Source: Marsupella aquatica (Eukaryota; Plantae; Marchantiophyta). From it: a stretch of 64,000 nt of DNA. How positions within the stretch are numbered: the stretch's first letter is position 1; every line of letters begins with the position of its first letter. A model generated the notes under the pieces. It was given only the letters and a program-made list of their open reading frames with translations, was not told the DNA's origin and searched no databases. Both the position numbers and the translations under genes were made by a program. Positions 1 through 12,516 of the stretch are shown here, in pieces. The stretch covers positions 3,144,490-3,208,489 of the forward strand of contig OZ316893.1 of the NCBI GenBank assembly GCA_973895155.1. The letters are read 5' to 3'.

Positions 1-1274
1 CTGGCTGATTGTGGGCTAGCTCTAGTGATATACAATACATGTGACTGAGATCTTGTGCTTTGTTTGTGCCAACACAAAGGAAGACAACAGCTAAGTAAGA
101 TGTATGATTGTACATATCTTGTCATCCTTGTAATGTAATTGGGTTTGATAAATTCTCTATATCAAAGCCAAGTCTATTTGTTTTTCAAGTTTGATATGTC
201 TTCTTGAATTCAAAGATATATGTACAAGTGTACACTAGACTTCATGAAAGTTTACACAGTCAATCAATTGCATACAAAACTATCATAAGGATTTAAGAAC
301 TCAATTGCATACAAAACAATTATAAGGAATTGAAACTCAAATAAGGAAGAACCCAAAAATTCACCAGTCATAGAAAGTGAATTAAAAATTAGAATTATAA
401 AAAGGCAGGTACATACCTAAGCAGTAGGGAAAGAGCGTCATCTACAATAGTGTCCATCAAATGATAGCTAGTCATCCGTCCACCTCGCCATCCACACGGT
501 CTAACAAACATTGTGGAGGGAGAGACAACTGCTGCAGATCGAATTACCACCTTTCGGGGGGGGGGGGGGCTCATTTGGACTCCTGAAGGCCAACTGTCCA
601 AAGGGCCTGGTCCAGTCTGGAATCCACTGTCCTGTCCATCAAGCCCAGAAGATGATGGAGACACCTAGTTAAATCCTTTCCTTAGACCAAACTGGCGGTT
701 TGTTGGGAGCAACTGCTACAACATATATATACATCACATCCTCTTCCAGTATCATTGCAGTGTTCATCTATATATAGATGGCACCCAATCCAATCACAAG
801 AAATTAATTGCAACATGTCCGCTGTGCTGCCCTTTCTAGTATGGTAACTTAGATCTAGACACAATTAGTGAGTGTCTGTCGCCACATAGGATTAGGGGAA
901 ATTATGCTCTAAGCGGACCTCCTGAAGCTAATTAAATTCACATACATTGTGTCCAACTTTCTCATGATGTGGTTTAAACTTATGCCAAGAATTAAATTGA
1001 GTCTACTGTATCCCTTATCTCAACAGTGTTGCCCAAGTTATCCCCTCACTAAGTGACCCACTTGCCATTAGGAAATCTCAAACCGTTGACCTGAATTGAA
1101 TAGTAGAGTCCAAGGCATCCTCCTTGGGCCTTCTCATTGGCTCCCAGGTCCAAATCATTATGCATTGTGAATTTCATGTACACCTTGGAATACAACATAT
1201 TTGGGTGCCAGGAGCTGTCAGAGGGAGTGCTAGTGCCCTCCCTACCCCTGTTCATGAAAACCTCGCCCTCGGAT

Positions 1275-1690
1275 GCAATTGTAAGATTCAATTTTGAGTA
1301 TTCATTTGTTGAGCTGTGGCTGGAAGAGTCAGTCGGGGATTCAGTTGGAAGCAAGCTTAACCTTTCTGCCCATGGAACCCTGCCCTTTAATGCAATTGTA
1401 AGATTCAATTATGAATATCCAATTGTTGAGCTGTGGCTGGAAGATTCAGTTGGAAGCAAGCTTAACCTTTTCCGCCCATGGAACTCCGTCCTAGCATGCA
1501 TGTAAGATTCAATTGTGAATATCCAATTGTTGAGCTGTGGCTGGAAGATTTAGTTGGAAGCAACCTTTACCTTTTCTGCCCATGGAACCCCGCCTAGCTA
1601 GGATGCAATTGTAAGATTCAGTTGTGAATATCCAATTGTTGAGCTGTGGCTCGAAGATTCAGTTGGATAGAAGCAACCTTTACCTTTTCA
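1275..1690. repeat. Tandem repeat, 4 copies of a ~106-117 bp unit
   Basis: Unit core GCAATTGTAAGATTCAATT...ATCCAATTGTTGAGCTGTGGCTGGAAGATTCAGTTGGAAGCAA starts at ~1275, 1392, 1498 and 1605. Confidence 0.9.
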
Positions 1691-2010
1691 AAGTTAAACT
1701 TCAATATAAAGAGAATATATAGAACAAAGCTCAAACAATTTCCATAATCATGGGAAAATATCTTACTATGTCCAGCTTGTATGTAGCAGCCCTTAGTTTA
1801 CTGGCCCTCAGCACTTGCAAAACGAATGGCAAAAGTAGATTGTATTTGGTGCAGCAGTATCTGCTGCAGTTGAATGTCAGGTATCCAGAGTCAGCCTAGT
1901 TGCATGGACAGGCGTGCTTGTTTGTAGGATTCACTTTTCAAAGGACTGGATTTCAAGGGCCAGCCCTTGCCCTTGGTTCTGCAGTAAATTGTATGGCTGC
2001 ATATTAAGTT

Positions 2011-2310
2011 CTAGTTAGTACTTCTATGCCATGCACATAAGACATTTTGTTGTTGCGTAAATATGTCATTTCATTTAAGATGTTAAATATGGGGTTAAAT
2101 ATAAGATGTGGTTAAGTAAAATATGTCGTTGCGGCAAAAGATGTAGTTAACTAAGAGATATTGTTTGGCAAAACACATCAATGCATAATAGATGACGTTG
2201 TGCTAAAGATGTAGTTGAAAAAATATCATGGTGCAAGAGATATCTTTGTTAAAAAGATTTCATTGCGTAAAAGCATTTGTTGAGTGAAAGACGTCATGAC
2301 ACAAATTAAA
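2011..2310 (-). mobile_element. Degenerate Helitron-like 3' end with AAGATGT-type subterminal repeats
   Basis: CTAG at 2011-2014, then a decayed ..TGCCATGCAC.. hairpin and repeated AAGATGT/AAATATGTC motifs. Same layout as the better-preserved end at 58090. Right boundary unknown. Confidence 0.4.
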
Positions 2311-3205
2311 GAGAGCTGACAACGACCACCAGTGTACAACAAAATGAAAATGATTCATTTATTGTCTTTTAATAAAAAAAACTTAACACCCTTGCCCCGC
2401 CCCCTCCCTTCTTTTTCACTATTGTTTGTCTCATTGATTAGATTGTGCACTTTATTGATTACGTAATATTTGCAATAATTGAACTCCTCTCATGATGTAG
2501 CACTTCCTATGCATGGATATATGGCATGGAGCATAGTATGACATGGATGGTAGAAGGAGGAGCATGGTGTAGCATGGAAGGTAAAGGGGAAGACTTTGTC
2601 CTTTAATTTCTTTTTTCACACCAAAAATAATAATTTATTTTCTTCTTATTCCTTTCTCTTTTCCAGTTCCCTTTGTTTCACTCACACTCAAAAAGCCTTG
2701 CCAAATTTGATTGACAACCACTTAAAAAAAGGCGCAAATTCTTATTATAGTTTTTGATAGTAAGCCCCATAGTAAGTATCTAAAGGACCCAGTAATCAAC
2801 TCTGTGGTGTCTAAACTTGCGGTATTGTCCTGTAGGTTGACTGGTAAGTCTCTCAGCAAGAGAGTACATCAAGCAGCGAATTATTTGGAGGGAAGCTGAA
2901 GTTGGTGAGCTCTTATCAACTAGCCTAATATCCAATTTGATCTTGGTGAGAAGCTGAAAGTAGTGACCTCTTATCATTCAACTATTCTAATATCTTATCC
3001 TGCTAAATATATGGAGCCGTGTGTCTTACAAATTAATTAACTTTTGGTGAAAAGTCATGACAACTCAGTCTCTGATTCATTGTGTCCCTTCCAAATACGA
3101 TTATCTGAAAATGGAAATTTTTTGGGGGATTTTCTGGCCTTGGTATCTGGTCTCCAGGTAAGGCTCTTTTTGTTCTTTCAAAGTGATATGTAAATAATAT
3201 AGAAT

Positions 3206-3390
3206 GACACACTATAAACTGTAGCAAATGTGTAGGGTGTACAAGACGTGCACTTATAGTTAATGGCACACTATAAATATAGGCAGATGTGTAGGGGTGT
3301 ACAAGACATGCACTTATATATAGTGAATGACACACTATAAATTAATCTAGGCAAAAGTGTACGGTGTACAAAGCATGCACATGTAGTGAG
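3206..3390. repeat. Degenerate tandem repeat, 3 copies of ~58 bp
   Basis: CACACTATAAA...GTGTAGGGTGTACAAGAC(G/A)TGCACTTATA occurs three times. Confidence 0.75.
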
Positions 3391-6300
3391 TACTAGTGGC
3401 AGGTATAATGAGTACATCTGGTAGTGTTCCAGGTAGAGCCAGCCTACACTTAAATCATTACCAACACGTCGCTAGGGAGAGAGAAAGACTACCATGGAAT
3501 GAATTTTGTTTCTGTAGTGATTTTTCCATTTTTGAAGGGTTGTATGTTTTCCACTTTTATTGAGAGTGGGGAGGTAGTTTTTTGGGGGGTTGGTTGTTCT
3601 TCACTGACCCCTATGGAAGCTCCTTCTAAAATCTTTAACATCACATTCTTAGGGATTTCACTTTCACAAAAATGACACATCATATATGTGCGACAAAGGA
3701 TATGATCATTTTATTGGACAGGTCCTAAGGGAAGACTTAGGAATTTTTACAAAAGATTAATAGGGTCTTTTAAATTCAATTTCTAGACTTATAAGAACAT
3801 GAAGGTCATTTAAACCAATTTTTGGAACATTCCAAAAGAATAGTCTTACTTCATATGGGTTTTCAAAAAATTGTTTATTACATTTTAGGGGGTCCCGGCC
3901 CTCCAACAAGATCGTCCCATTTGAGTTCTCCCTCCAACAAGATCGTCCGATTTGAGTCCAAATCTTCTACTAACCTGGTTACAATGATTGTATGAAATTC
4001 AAATACTATGATTCTACCAAATTTTTCTCTTGTATAAGGAGATACATGGATGCCCTTTTAGACCGATGCATGATTGAGATCAGGGAAACAAACTCTCTAG
4101 ATTGTACCATTCATTAGCCATGTACTTTTGGGAGACTTTGGGGGTCTCTACAGTAGGGTTGAAGCCCCCCTGGAGAGCTCTATTGATCAATTGGGTTTGT
4201 AAGCTGGCTGGTTGTTTCTTTTGGTTGGGAAGCCCACATAGAATTAAAAACAATAGTAACCACTCCTGCTGTTTTATACAGTGGTTCTCTTACCAAATCT
4301 AGAATGTGCAGTGCCAAAAAAAAACTGAGAAGGAAACAAAACAAGGAGGAGGTACATAAAAACCAGAAAAATGGAGGAGGCATATAGCATGTTCATCCTA
4401 CTACATGCCTATTTTAACTTATCTAAAAGAATTGAAACAATCATCATAAAAAGTTATGTGAGGAGACATTTTAATTTGGCTAGTATTGAAAGGATGAGTA
4501 TAAGAAAGTTAATGAAAAAACTGCACACCTTTTTAAAAGTGAGAAAAGTACAATACTTTAAGACAAGTGCATTAATTTCAAGGTACTAGTCAATGTACTT
4601 GTTGTTGGGTACAACACTTTATATATGAGTGAAAGAGAAGAGCGTGAACAGTTCTTTTCTTATTTTCTGCTCTATTTGGGGCTCTCTGTTTAGGTGATGT
4701 TGATCAATAAACCATGAACTAATGTAAATTTTACAACCAATGGCATATTAGGTGCACTCATCAATAAATACAAGACTAGTTGCTTGGATGAAGGGTCTAA
4801 CCTTCTCATGCAAGTACTGAAATATGCCCCTCAAAATGTTAAGAAAAATATAGGGGACTTCCTTAAAACTAAGAAAATAAAAATAAATTAAAGGGGCTGC
4901 CAAAAATGACCAAAATTCTAAATAGTACATGGCTAAAGCATGGACTAGGCTGGATTAACATAGAAAAACATTTCAATGAAATTGAATGAGACAAGATAGC
5001 CAAAGAGTAACCTGTCATATAGCAGCCTCAAAAGAATATCTGGAGGAGGAGGCATAAGAAAGGGAAAGCAGGGAGGCGGTTGATGAGAAAGGGGAGAGGA
5101 GACCATCCTGAAGATTTCCCCTCCTCAAGCCTTACCCCTCGGCCTCCATTCACATCCCAGACAAGTATTTTGTGCAAACAATTTCACAAAGTCCAAAACA
5201 TGGTCTACTTGGTCAGCCCTTGACAGTTTTTAGTGACATTTTTAAAAAACTACAGCAAAAGTTGAGCTCATTTATTACATATCAAGTGAACCATTATAAA
5301 CTCTTTTTTCTGAAAGCCCAAATAGTGGCTCTAGCTTATTAGCCTGTGCCCGAGCAACTGCCCTTGCCCTTGCCCCAAATTCCTGTCAGAGACCTCAGCC
5401 TATCTTCACTCTTTCCTGGGCATGCACCTCCTACCCCCCCCAATTCAAACAGAAAATTAAGGACCTGGCACCTCTGCCTGTCTTGCTCTTTCCTTGGGCA
5501 CAAACATCATGCCTCTAAAACTTGAAAACAATATATTTTCCATAACTACATCTTTTTCACAACATCATTTTTTTGCAATGACATCAGAAATATCTTTAAA
5601 GAAACAACATCTTTTATAAATTGATATTTTTATGTAAATTAAATGTTTGACATCTTTAACACAATTACTTTTAGGTCTAGAGTTAGACATGCGCTTGGTA
5701 GTTTTTGGAAGTGATGCATATGCTCTCACACCAAAGCAGAATATTATGACCAAGTTGGATCCTACCTCCAAGAAATGTTTTTTTCTTGAGTACCAGAGTG
5801 GTGTGAAAGCCTATAGGCTATGGGATCCTATTGCCTGTAAGCTTGTTGTCAGTATGGATGTTTCCTTCAATGAATCCGAAGGAGGGGAAGAATATTCAGG
5901 TCTCCCATACTGACAAAGGAAAATCTTCTATCCCGGATCTCCTTGAGGGGGAGATTGGTCATGAGGTGCATGACCGGAGAGAAGGAGTTGCTCCAATTCT
6001 AGAGTTGGTTCCTGTGCCAGAGGAACTAGAGGAGTTTATTGATGCTGGTGAGCAACAAGTGGATGCTGTTGAGCTTCAAATTGTACCAGCACACGCAGAT
6101 CAACTAGAATCATCGGCTAGAAGAACATCTGGTCGCACTGTACGCGCTCCACCAAGGTATGGAAAGTGGGTTGACTCATGTCAGTTGCAAGAGGAGGATT
6201 TTGTTACCGACGATGAGGGTGATGCGTTGATTTTGGAAGAAGGGGAACCTTCTTCATTTCATGAAGCAAGTGCTTCAAAGGAGAAGCAGGAGTGGACTGC

Positions 6301-6860
6301 AGCAATGCAAACGGAGATGCAATCACTAAAGGACAACAAAACTTGGGAGCTTGTCAAGCTGCCTGAGGGACAACAATTAAGTGGTGGACAGCAAGTGGAT
6401 ATACAAGCTAAAGGATCAGTCCACGGGAGATGGATCAAAGGTCTACAAGGCTAGGTTGGTAGCCAAGGGATGTATTCACACAGGAAAAATGTGTGGATTA
6501 CAATGAGGTCTTCTCACCAGTTGCTAAGTACTCAACAATACGGCTATTGTGTGTGCTTGTTGTTATGTTTGGTCTGCTGCTAGATCAGATGGATGTTGTC
6601 ACAACTTTCCTCTATGGCACCTTGGAAGAGGTGATCTTGATGAGACAGCCGCTAGGTTTTGTGAAGAAAGGGCAATAGGATTTGGTTTGTAGATTGTTGA
6701 GATCCTTATATGGGTTATAGCAGTCACCAAGACAGTGGAATAAGTGGTTTGATGATTGGATTCGTGCACAAGGCTTTCATAGGATTGTGTTTGACCCATG
6801 TGTGTATCTTAAACCGATGAAGAATGTTGTCTTTGGGTTCATTATTTTAGTACTTTATGT

Positions 6861-7167
6861 CCCGGGGTCCTCACTTCTTTTCTTCCGACCCATCATGCAT
6901 GAATAAATATAGGGTTTTTTTATTGGGTTTAGTGAAATACTTTTAAATTTTTGTTGAAGAACATTAGGGTTATTTTAATCCAATTTTGAGAATTATAAGA
7001 ATCATAGGGTTTTTTTAAATCAAATATGGGAATATTCTTGGAATATTCCATTAAGTTAGGGGTAAAAAAATTCCTGAAAAAAACTTTATTGACTTAACTT
7101 TTAGGGTGTTTATTCCCCCAAAACTTCGAGCGTGATATGAGGCACCCCTTGGATTGAGGCCCCCGAG
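6861..7167. mobile_element. 307-bp hAT-type MITE, copy 1
   Basis: 8-bp TSD CTTTATGT at 6853-6860 and 7168-7175. Imperfect 13-bp TIRs CCCGGGGTCCTCA / TGAGGCCCCCGAG. AT-rich interior. Inverted sister copy at 57150-57456. Confidence 0.92.
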
Positions 7168-7673
7168 CTTTATGTGGATGACATGCTTATTGCAGCCAAG
7201 GATAGGTCTGAGATTGTTAAGCTCAAGGCACTGCTCAGTGCAGAGTAAGTTTAAGATGAAGGACTTAGGTCCAGCTAAGAGGATTTTGGGTATGGAGATC
7301 ACTAGGGACTTGGAGGCTGGCAAGCTATGGTTGACGCAAAGTAGTTATGCGAGGAAGGTAATTGCAAGGTTCAACATGGGTGATAGCAAGCCAGTAAGTA
7401 CCCCGTTGGCTCCACACTTCAAGTTGTCATCAACTTTCTGTCCTACGGATGACACGGAGAAGAGGTTGATGTCAAAGGTTCCGTATGACTGTAAGGCAGT
7501 GGGGAGTCTCATGTATTTGATGACTTGCACTAGACCTGATCTTGCCATGGCTATGGGCAAGGTGAGCAGGTATATGTCGAATCCAGGGAAGGTACATTGG
7601 GAAGCAGTGAAGTGGATTATCTGGTACTTTAAGGGTACCGTGGATCATGGATAATGCTAGATCATTGATGGGC

Positions 7674-10600
7674 TGTCGCACCCCTACCCTGGGCCTTAAA
7701 TCCGGGTTAGTGTCGTGGTGCGACCTCGACCACCAGTAGGGGTGAGGGTTCGGGCAAGGAGGTGTGTAGTGACCTTCAATAGCCCTAAGTCGGGCTAAAC
7801 CGCTATACTTACTGGTATAACACTCGTATAATTCGTACTTGACATAGGTATATTTATTTTCCACCGCTGGAATTTTCCCTTAGTTAGTGACGCGGACTAA
7901 CTCCCGACTTGGGGCTTTTCAAGCCATCGACGTGACAGGAACTTGTGACATGCAATGAGTGGCAATCCCTACCATTAGTCCGCACCCGGTACGTCCCTTA
8001 AAATGGCGCCTTTGCCCGGACAAAGCATACACACAACACCAGTTACTCTCAGAAACATTAGGGGGAAAAGACTACATTTACTCAGCGAAGCATCAGCTTA
8101 CATGGTTGACTCGACTTCAAAGGGGGTCAGCAGGCCCAATGGCAGTCGATGCCCAGTCTCTACGAGGCCCTGCCTCGCACTTGCCCAGCAAGCTCGACTC
8201 TAGCTCTCACTCCTTGGTACGCTCTGACCCTACTCAGGCCGGGACTCCCCGTGCCTCGCCTTTCTTCTGCTGAGATAACTAAGCCTTCTCCCCCTTCCCA
8301 TCGCGGAAGGAGAAGCCTAAATACTACCATAGCGGAAGAGAACCGGAGGATACTACCTTCCGGGGTACTACCTACTGACTAACTAACTGCTGACTACTGG
8401 TCGCGCTGCACTGACCGGTTGACCGTCGACTACGAGTGTGCCAACCGGAATGGCAGCGGCCAAGCCTACTGACAAACTCTAGTCCGTTGATGGACTCAAT
8501 CCTACGTTGGCTGATCCTAACTGACCGGCCCTAATTCTTCCTACTGCCGCTAATTGGCGCCTAATGATAGTCATTCTGTCGTTACGCCTAACTAAAAGAT
8601 GCCGCTGACTTAACCGCCTCGCGCGGCGCCTGCTTCTACCCTTCGCTAACTACCCCTTACGTGTGTGCAGTGGTTGGACCAGGGCTGGTCCCCTTGTTGG
8701 GGCGAGACCTCGAGCCGCCTTGATCAGAGGTGGGCCCAGGTTTTCCCCGCTAGAGGACGAGCAGGGTGACGCGGTCCTGCAAAGCCTTGTTGTCCCGTAA
8801 TGCTTCCTCCGCCTCGTTTGCAGCTTCATCGGCTTCAGTCTGGAGCCGCGCCACCTCCAAGTTGAGCTGGTCGATGGCGTCGCAATGGACCTGGTCCTGC
8901 GCTAGCAATTTATCTCGTTCGGTGGAGAGACTAGCCACCTGCTGTGCTGCCTGCAGGAATTGTTTGTTGAGGTCGGTCAGGCTGGTAACCCGAGCCAAAG
9001 ATTCTGAGCGTAATTGAAGTACGGTGTCGTCCAGCTTCTTGAGTTCGGCCTGCACTCCGCTTAACTCCTGGGTTAGTCCGTCCCTCTGTTCGACAGTGCG
9101 GACTAAATCCTCGCGGCGGGTCGTTGCCTCTTCCTCGAGGTGCTCTACCAGCATCTGGAGACGCCCGATCTCATTCCCCTTCGCCATGAGTTCTTCTTCC
9201 AAGCGGCTGACGATCCGTGGTTGGTGCTCTAACATGAAGAAGGCTGGCTGAAAGTACGCCGAGACTTGTTGTCCGATGTATGTCGCCAACTCCCCAGACA
9301 TAGTCTGGCTAAACTTCTGGACCAGGTCGTAGGCCATGGTCCCCGGGGCTACTTGGTAGTCCTCCATCCTCTCGGGTACCGGTGGTTCCTCGGCAGGGGC
9401 AATGAGCTCCTCCGTAGTCAGCGCTGGGGAGGGGAAGGTTTCTTCAGGTGGTGGAGGGATTGGGGGTGGTTGTACTGCAGGTAGCAGAGGCTCAACGGAA
9501 GGAGGCGGTGGATTTTCCACAGGGGGCGGTTGCGGAGTATTAGTCGGGGCTTCCGGCTTGGGGTTTGTCCGAGGGACAGTAGTCCGCGTAGTCGGGGTTG
9601 CCTCCTCTGGGGCGGGGGTGACATTACCCGGGGCTGAGGTGGCCGTATTCTTTCCTCTAGCCTCCCGCCGTGCCTTGTACCAGGCGAGGATAATGGCGAT
9701 ATGACTTCCCAAGTAAGTCTTCCCTCCAATAGCCATACCACCCTGAGCCCGCTTCAGCTCCCCCGAGAATCTTCGGTAGAAGAATTGGGCCCAGTTCGTC
9801 GTTTGTACTGTTCCACCTGCACGATCGTGCAGAGGGAAATCTCGGATCGTGGCTCAATCATGTGTAGGGTAGTCCGTATGAAGTTAAGCCGCTCCATACA
9901 GGTTAAGTTGGTGCACGCCCCCTGCTTGTATCCGTTGTCCGTCTTACCCTCGGGTTTGAAGTGCCGCGGCGTATACTCCTTATCCCGAATTCGGATTTCC
10001 ACCGGCACCAGCCCGGTTGGTAGGCCGAAAGTTTGCGTTAACCGATGCTCCGTGAGTGATAAGGTCTTCCCCGAAACCTTGGTGGTCGACGCATCAATGT
10101 CAAAATTGGAGATGAACTCACAAATCTCCTTCGGCCCGGCGGCGCACGGCCTCCATAGTAAGTGGGCGAACCGCTCCAACTGATGCTCCTTGAGATAGTC
10201 CGCATGTTCGAGTTTCTTGATCGCGATCCAGACTACCTCGGGGACGCGGATTACCTGTAATAAGTTGGACTTTGGGTTATCCGGGGGCCGTCGGGTCTGG
10301 TTGGTCGGGGGGTTGGCCGGGGCAGGTGCAGGCGCGGCGTCGGTCCGTGTTGATTCGGGGGCCGTCGTAGTCCTTGACCGCTTACGAGGACGCTGTTCGA
10401 GTTGCGGACTAGCTCGCTCGGAACCCGAAGAACACTCCGCGTTGATTACTGGACGGACTTGGGACTGGTTCGGCGGTACTCCGGTGGTCATCGGTTAAGG
10501 CGCTGGGGTAGCCATATCCCAGTTGAAGGCGTTGGAGCTTTCCCCGAGGAACGTGAGATTACGCGCCACTTCCCGTTGTCTGCTGATGTCTTCTTGGCAC

Positions 10601-11510
10601 TTTTCGGCTGTGATCTGCTGGTCTAGGTACCCCGGAATCTTGTCGAACTCCGCTTGAGTAAGCCGCTGGTTGCCCTTCAGCTTAAAGAACTTAGCTGGAA
10701 CCTCAAGAATCGCCTCTGCTACCGATCTAAGCCCTTCCTCGCTGAGATATAGTTCGGTGATGTAGTCTCGCAGCTCGTTATAGCTAGAATCCCTGGTGAT
10801 GGCTGTCCTTTCACAATTAACCAGTGCTACCTTGGTTACCAGCTTCGCGTACCTTCGTTCGTAAGCGGCTTTCTCGGGGCAAGAGTACCAGTAAGTCTCG
10901 GAGAACTTAGCACCTACCTCGCCAAACAAGGTCCAAAATCCCAAGGCTGTGAGGGTCATACTAACCTTGTAGTCCGGTTCGTTGCGTCCACATTCCCACC
11001 TGGCTGGTCCTTTTTCGCGGAGGCCTCGCTCGTCCTGACTAAATCTCGCCACATTCCGCTCTTCTCCCTCGATAATTTCCTCGTAAAGGTCGACTGGATT
11101 CAATCAAAAAGGCGAGTGGATGGCAGCGTCCGTAAATTCCAAAAAGGTAAACGTGAGCGAATGGCCCGTAGTGCCATCGGCTCCTCTCTTATGGGGGTGC
11201 CAGGACGAGCCCGAGCGTGAGAAGGTCAGGCCGTTTGGTCATTGATAACGAGCTGAAGTCGGCGTCTCGGTCCAAGCGTGATTCTTCTAACTGATTTTTA
11301 CTCCGCTGCCGCCACCGTACCTCGGTCGTGCGTAATAATCCCTTTCCTGAACTCGTAATTATTCGGTTATCTTAACCTACTCCTAATCTAATCATAATGG
11401 CAACTTGGCGGCTATACGTGCTATTCTACGCTATGGCTACGGTCCTTATGACCGTATAAGTCCTAATCTTCGACCTGGGTTCGGTCAAGTGACACGTTGC
11501 CCGTGTCACA
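7674..11510 (-). mobile_element. 3837-bp TG...CA element (solo-LTR-like) carrying one long ORF, nested in the copia RT/RNase H junction
   Basis: TSD TGGGC at 7669-7673 and 11511-11515. Termini TGTCGCAC...GTGTCACA. Removing it restores copia ...RSLMGYVD. GC/CpG-rich interior, no terminal direct repeats, no gag/pol motifs. Confidence 0.9.
8750..10959 (-). pseudogene. Disrupted ~736-aa ORF: novel N-terminal domain, plant-transposon-protein (PMD/Transposase_32-like) domain, Pro-rich linker and coiled coil
   Basis: ORFs 10495-11103 and 9754-10491 share a frame and are separated by one TAA. Restoring one A at ~9803 (TAC AAA [A]CG ACG AAC TGG) joins them to 8750-9736, giving ...YKTTNWAQFFYRRFSGELKRAQGGMAIGGKTYLGSHIAIIL. 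Motifs EICEFISNFD..TKVSGKTLSLT...FGLPTG and NWAQFF resemble accessory ORFs of plant gypsy elements. The start could extend to the TTG at 11103. Confidence 0.75.
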
Positions 11511-12171
11511 TGGGCTATGTAGATGTTGACTATGCACAGGATCTAGATCGGAGGAGGTCAACAATAGGTTATGTGTTCACACTGAGAGGTGGATGCATAA
11601 GTTGGAGGTCTACTTTGCAGAAGTGCATTGCTCAGTCTACTACAAAAGTGGAGTATGTTGCAGCAGCGAAAGCAGCAGCGGAAGCAATTTGGTTGGATAG
11701 ACTGATCACTGAGATGAGATTGCCACAGGGGAATGTGAAGCTCCATTGTGATAGTCAGAGTGCACTCCACCTTGTTGTGAACCAGGTGATGGACAACAAA
11801 GTGAAGCACATCGACGTCAGGTACCATTTTATCAAACAAGTTGTGTCTGATAATATGTTTGAGCTAGTCAAGATTGACGGTAAACTCAACCCGGTTGACG
11901 CTTTTACCAAAGTGATTCCTTTGGAGAGTTTTTCTAGACACCATGATGCGTTGCAGGTTTTGCAATTGCCTCACAAGTAGGGTTACTTAACACTTGTGTA
12001 GATATTGAGATATGCTCTTGCTCATTCCTTGTATAGGCTACGGCTTAGTTCTGGTCTACTCTCGTATAAAGATGGAAAAACAGGTTTGGTTTTTCTTTCC
12101 AGAACTTCCTGCTGAGCAATCATATTGGTAGCAGTCTTTACCCTCCCCTAGACCAGAGTCAAGGGGGAGAT

Positions 12172-12516
12172 TGTTAGGATTTACTCTTAGGTCTATAATT
12201 ACGACTGTACCGTAGTTAAGGCTAACCTTAGTCGCAGACTTGGTTAGGTTAGTCATGCTGTGCACACTCTATAACCAAACGGTGTTTGCTTGGAGAGTGG
12301 GAACTCAAGCTCATTGTTACAGAGCTAGTTGAGAGATAGAGAGAGCTTGCGCTATGGACGCTTGGTATGGCCGGTCGGCCTAGAGTGCAGTAAAGCTCAT
12401 GTGTGTTCCCGTGGACGTAGCCTCATGTGGAGGTGAACCACGTATCTCTCTGTGTCGACTCTTGTGCGATGGATGGTTGATGGGCTTGCCGTTATGATTG
12501 TCGTCTATGCTCAACA
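12172..12516 (+). repeat. Copia 3' LTR (345 bp)
   Basis: TGTTAGG...CTCAACA directly after the PPT. Contains the Tnt1/Tork-type motif CCCGTGGACGTAG...GAACCACGTA. Confidence 0.85.

Larger units (their letters stand above)
5690..12516 (+). mobile_element. 5'-truncated Ty1/copia (Tork/Tnt1-like) retrotransposon with two nested insertions
   Basis: Integrase C-terminus (VFGSDAY...KLDPTSKKCFFLEY), RT (EMQSLKDNKTWELV, DYNEVFSPVAK, QMDVVTTFL, LYVDDML, MKDLGPAKRILGMEI, AVGSLMYLMTCTRPDL) and RNase H (GYVDVDYAQDLDRRRST, CDSQSAL, KHIDVRYHFI). PPT AAGGGGGAGA at 12161-12170 precedes the 3' LTR. Frameshifts and stops present; no gag or 5' LTR seen. Confidence 0.95.

Noticed and set aside
1275-1690. ORFs 1049-1408 and 1137-1505 as genes
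   Set aside because: Both are translations of a tandem repeat, and the unit lengths do not keep a frame.
8766-10626. Plus-strand ORFs inside the TG...CA element
   Set aside because: Antisense shadows of the GC-rich minus-strand ORF, with no motifs.
11405-11980. 191-aa ORF as an intact gene
   Set aside because: Chimeric reading frame: the end of the inserted element runs in frame into copia RNase H.
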